A stretch of 32,000 bases of DNA from Alkanindiges illinoisensis DSM 15370 (GTDB lineage Bacteria; Pseudomonadota; Gammaproteobacteria; Pseudomonadales; Moraxellaceae). The stretch lies in assembly GCF_000619845.1 (NCBI RefSeq), contig NZ_JHUX01000010.1, positions 52,292 through 84,291 on the forward strand, written 5' to 3'. Positions 28,601-32,000 of the stretch are shown in pieces (the stretch's first letter is position 1; every line of letters starts with the position of its first letter). The translations under genes were made by a program, and so were the position numbers. Below the pieces are notes generated by a model that made no database searches, was not told the origin of the DNA, and worked only from the letters and a program-made list of their open reading frames with translations.

Positions 28601-30736
28601 ATGGCTCGTACTACCCCCCTAGAACACTATCGTAACATTGGTATTTCTGCGCATATTGATGCCGGTAAAACAACGACTACCGAGCGTGTTTTATATTACA
28701 CTGGCGTAAGCCACAAGATTGGTGAAGTGCACGAAGGTGCAGCGACCATGGACTGGATGGAACAAGAGCAGGAGCGTGGTATTACCATTACTTCCGCTGC
28801 GACCACCTGTTTCTGGTCTGGTATGGCAAACAACTTTGCCAAACACCGTATCAACATTATTGATACCCCAGGACACGTTGACTTTACCATTGAAGTAGAG
28901 CGCTCCATGCGCGTACTTGATGGTGCGTGTATGGTTTACTGTGCCGTAGGTGGTGTTCAGCCTCAGTCAGAAACCGTATGGCGTCAGGCTAATAAATATA
29001 AAGTGCCACGTATTGCATTCGTGAACAAGATGGACCGTACCGGCGCCAACTTCTTCCGTGCCGTTGAGCAAATGAAAACCCGTCTGGGTGCAAATCCTGT
29101 ACCTATCGCTATTCCTGTTGGTGCTGAAGAAGCATTTGAAGGGATTGTTGATCTGGTTAAGATGAAAGCAATCATCTGGGATGAAGCCTCTCAGGGCATG
29201 AAATTCGAATACGGTGATATCCCGGCTCATCTGGTCGATACCGCAAACGAATGGCGTGAGAAAATGGTTGAGTCAGCCGCTGAAGCGTCTGAAGAGCTGA
29301 TGAATGAATATCTGGAAAACGGTGACTTATCCGAAGAACAGATTCATGAAGCGCTGCGTATTCGTACCATCAACTGTGAAATCCAGCCAATGCTGTGTGG
29401 TTCTGCATTTAAGAATAAAGGCGTTCAGGCAATGCTTGATGCAGTTATTCGTTACTTGCCAGCTCCAAACGACGTTGAAGCCATTAAGGGTATCCTTGAT
29501 GACAAAGACGAAACCGTTGGTGAGCGTATTGCTTCTGATGACGAGCCATTTGCTGCACTTGCATTCAAGATCATGAATGACAAGTTCGTCGGTAGCTTAA
29601 CCTTCATCCGCGTTTATTCTGGTGTACTAAAAGCAGGTTCTGCGGTATGGAACCCGGTTAAGTCCAAGAAAGAGCGCGTTGGCCGTATCGTACTGATGCA
29701 TGCCAATGACCGTGAAGACGTTGAAGAAATCCGCGCTGGCGATATCGCAGCGGTTGCTGGTCTAAAAGACGTAACCACTGGTGATACCCTGTGTGATGAA
29801 AACAATGTCATTACCCTTGAGCGTATGCAGTTCCCGAATCCGGTAATTTCTCTGGCTGTTGAGCCAAAGACCAAAGCCGACCAGGAAAAAATGGGTATTG
29901 CGCTGGGTCGTCTGGCCAAAGAAGATCCTTCATTCCGTGTTCACACTGATGAAGAATCTGGTCAAACCATCATCGCCGGTATGGGTGAGCTTCACCTTGA
30001 GATTCTGGTTGACCGCATGAAGCGTGAGTTTGGCGTTGAAGCGAACATTGGTAAGCCAATGGTTGCCTATCGCGAAACCATCCGCAAAGTGGTTGAGCAG
30101 GAAGGCAAGTTTGTACGCCAGACTGGTGGTCGTGGTAAATTCGGTCATGTATTCCTGCGTCTGGAGCCATTAGATGATGACCGCGAAACCGACTACGAAT
30201 TTGCTGAAGAAGTTGTGGGCGGTACTGTACCAAAAGAATTCTTTGGTGCGGTTGACAAGGGTATTCAGGAACGCATGAAAAATGGCGTACTGGCTGGTTA
30301 CCCGGTTGTTGGCGTAAGAGCTGTACTGTTTGACGGTTCTTACCATGACGTGGATTCTGACGAATTGTCGTTCAAGATGGCTGGCTCCATGGCTTTCCGT
30401 CAAGGCTTCATGAAAGCTGATCCTATCCTGCTTGAGCCAATCATGAAGGTTGAAGTAGAAACACCGGAAGACTACATGGGTGATATCATGGGCGACCTGA
30501 ACCGTCGTCGTGGTGTGATTCAAGGTATGGATGATCTGCCAGGCGGTACCAAGCAGATTCGCGTTGAAGTACCATTGTCCGAGATGTTTGGTTATGCAAC
30601 TTCCATGCGCTCCATGTCGCAGGGTCGTGCAACCTACTCTATGGAATTTGTTAAATATGCTGAAACCCCACGTAACGTGGCTGAAGGCATCATCAGCAAG
30701 TTCCAGAACGGTGGTAAGGCTGGCGACGACGAATAA
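28601..30736 (+). CDS. fusA: Elongation factor G
   Basis: [35 protein letters not shown] contains the G1 motif, and DTPGHVDF is the G3 motif. ATG 28601 has AGGAAA upstream. The ORF track start 28559 is rejected. Confidence 0.97.
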   Translation: MARTTPLEHYRNIGISAHIDAGKTTTTERVLYYTGVSHKIGEVHEGAATMDWMEQEQERGITITSAATTCFWSGMANNFAKHRINIIDTPGHVDFTIEVERSMRVLDGACMVYCAVGGVQPQSETVWRQANKYKVPRIAFVNKMDRTGANFFRAVEQMKTRLGANPVPIAIPVGAEEAFEGIVDLVKMKAIIWDEASQGMKFEYGDIPAHLVDTANEWREKMVESAAEASEELMNEYLENGDLSEEQIHEALRIRTINCEIQPMLCGSAFKNKGVQAMLDAVIRYLPAPNDVEAIKGILDDKDETVGERIASDDEPFAALAFKIMNDKFVGSLTFIRVYSGVLKAGSAVWNPVKSKKERVGRIVLMHANDREDVEEIRAGDIAAVAGLKDVTTGDTLCDENNVITLERMQFPNPVISLAVEPKTKADQEKMGIALGRLAKEDPSFRVHTDEESGQTIIAGMGELHLEILVDRMKREFGVEANIGKPMVAYRETIRKVVEQEGKFVRQTGGRGKFGHVFLRLEPLDDDRETDYEFAEEVVGGTVPKEFFGAVDKGIQERMKNGVLAGYPVVGVRAVLFDGSYHDVDSDELSFKMAGSMAFRQGFMKADPILLEPIMKVEVETPEDYMGDIMGDLNRRRGVIQGMDDLPGGTKQIRVEVPLSEMFGYATSMRSMSQGRATYSMEFVKYAETPRNVAEGIISKFQNGGKAGDDE

Positions 30737-30828
30737 GTCGTTGCAGCAATAATTTAAAACTAAACTAAAAACCTACCAGTCCACTGTTCATGTTAATGAC
30801 AGTGGGCTGATTGATGAGGAATGACATC

Positions 30829-32000
<1,172 letters not shown>

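Overview
This window looks like ordinary core chromosome from a gammaproteobacterium. The gene order and my recollection of EF-Tu, AcpP and HemJ sequences suggest Moraxellaceae or an Acinetobacter-like organism; that assignment is inference and has not been searched. I call 27 protein genes and most are housekeeping. In window order they are ligA, an MFS transporter, otsB-otsA (trehalose synthesis), bfr, rluB-scpB-scpA, yciO, yceD-rpmF-fabD-fabG-acpP, a Kbp/YgaU-like BON-LysM protein, queG plus a downstream unknown gene, nnr, ruvC, fxsA, a crp/vfr-like regulator divergent from yhfA, thiD, a HAD hydrolase, fabB-hemJ, an EcsC-family protein with long disordered flanks, and the str operon rpsL-rpsG-fusA-tuf (tuf is cut by the window end). 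I found no tRNA, rRNA, CRISPR array, transposase, integrase, phage gene or recognisable defence or toxin gene, so I cannot support a claim that a novel multi-gene system is present. The items worth a second look are mostly non-coding. They include a perfect 3 x 15 bp tandem repeat that runs into the nnr ribosome-binding site, and a roughly 97-nt palindromic element with 17-bp perfect arms just downstream of otsA. They also include a consensus-like rpsL promoter followed at once by a terminator-like hairpin, a GTGTAC-AG-GTACAC palindrome upstream of fabB, and an orphan -10/terminator pair between ligA and the MFS gene. Two poorly characterised proteins are also flagged. Several ORF-track starts were moved to downstream starts, based on Shine-Dalgarno placement and remembered homolog N-termini.
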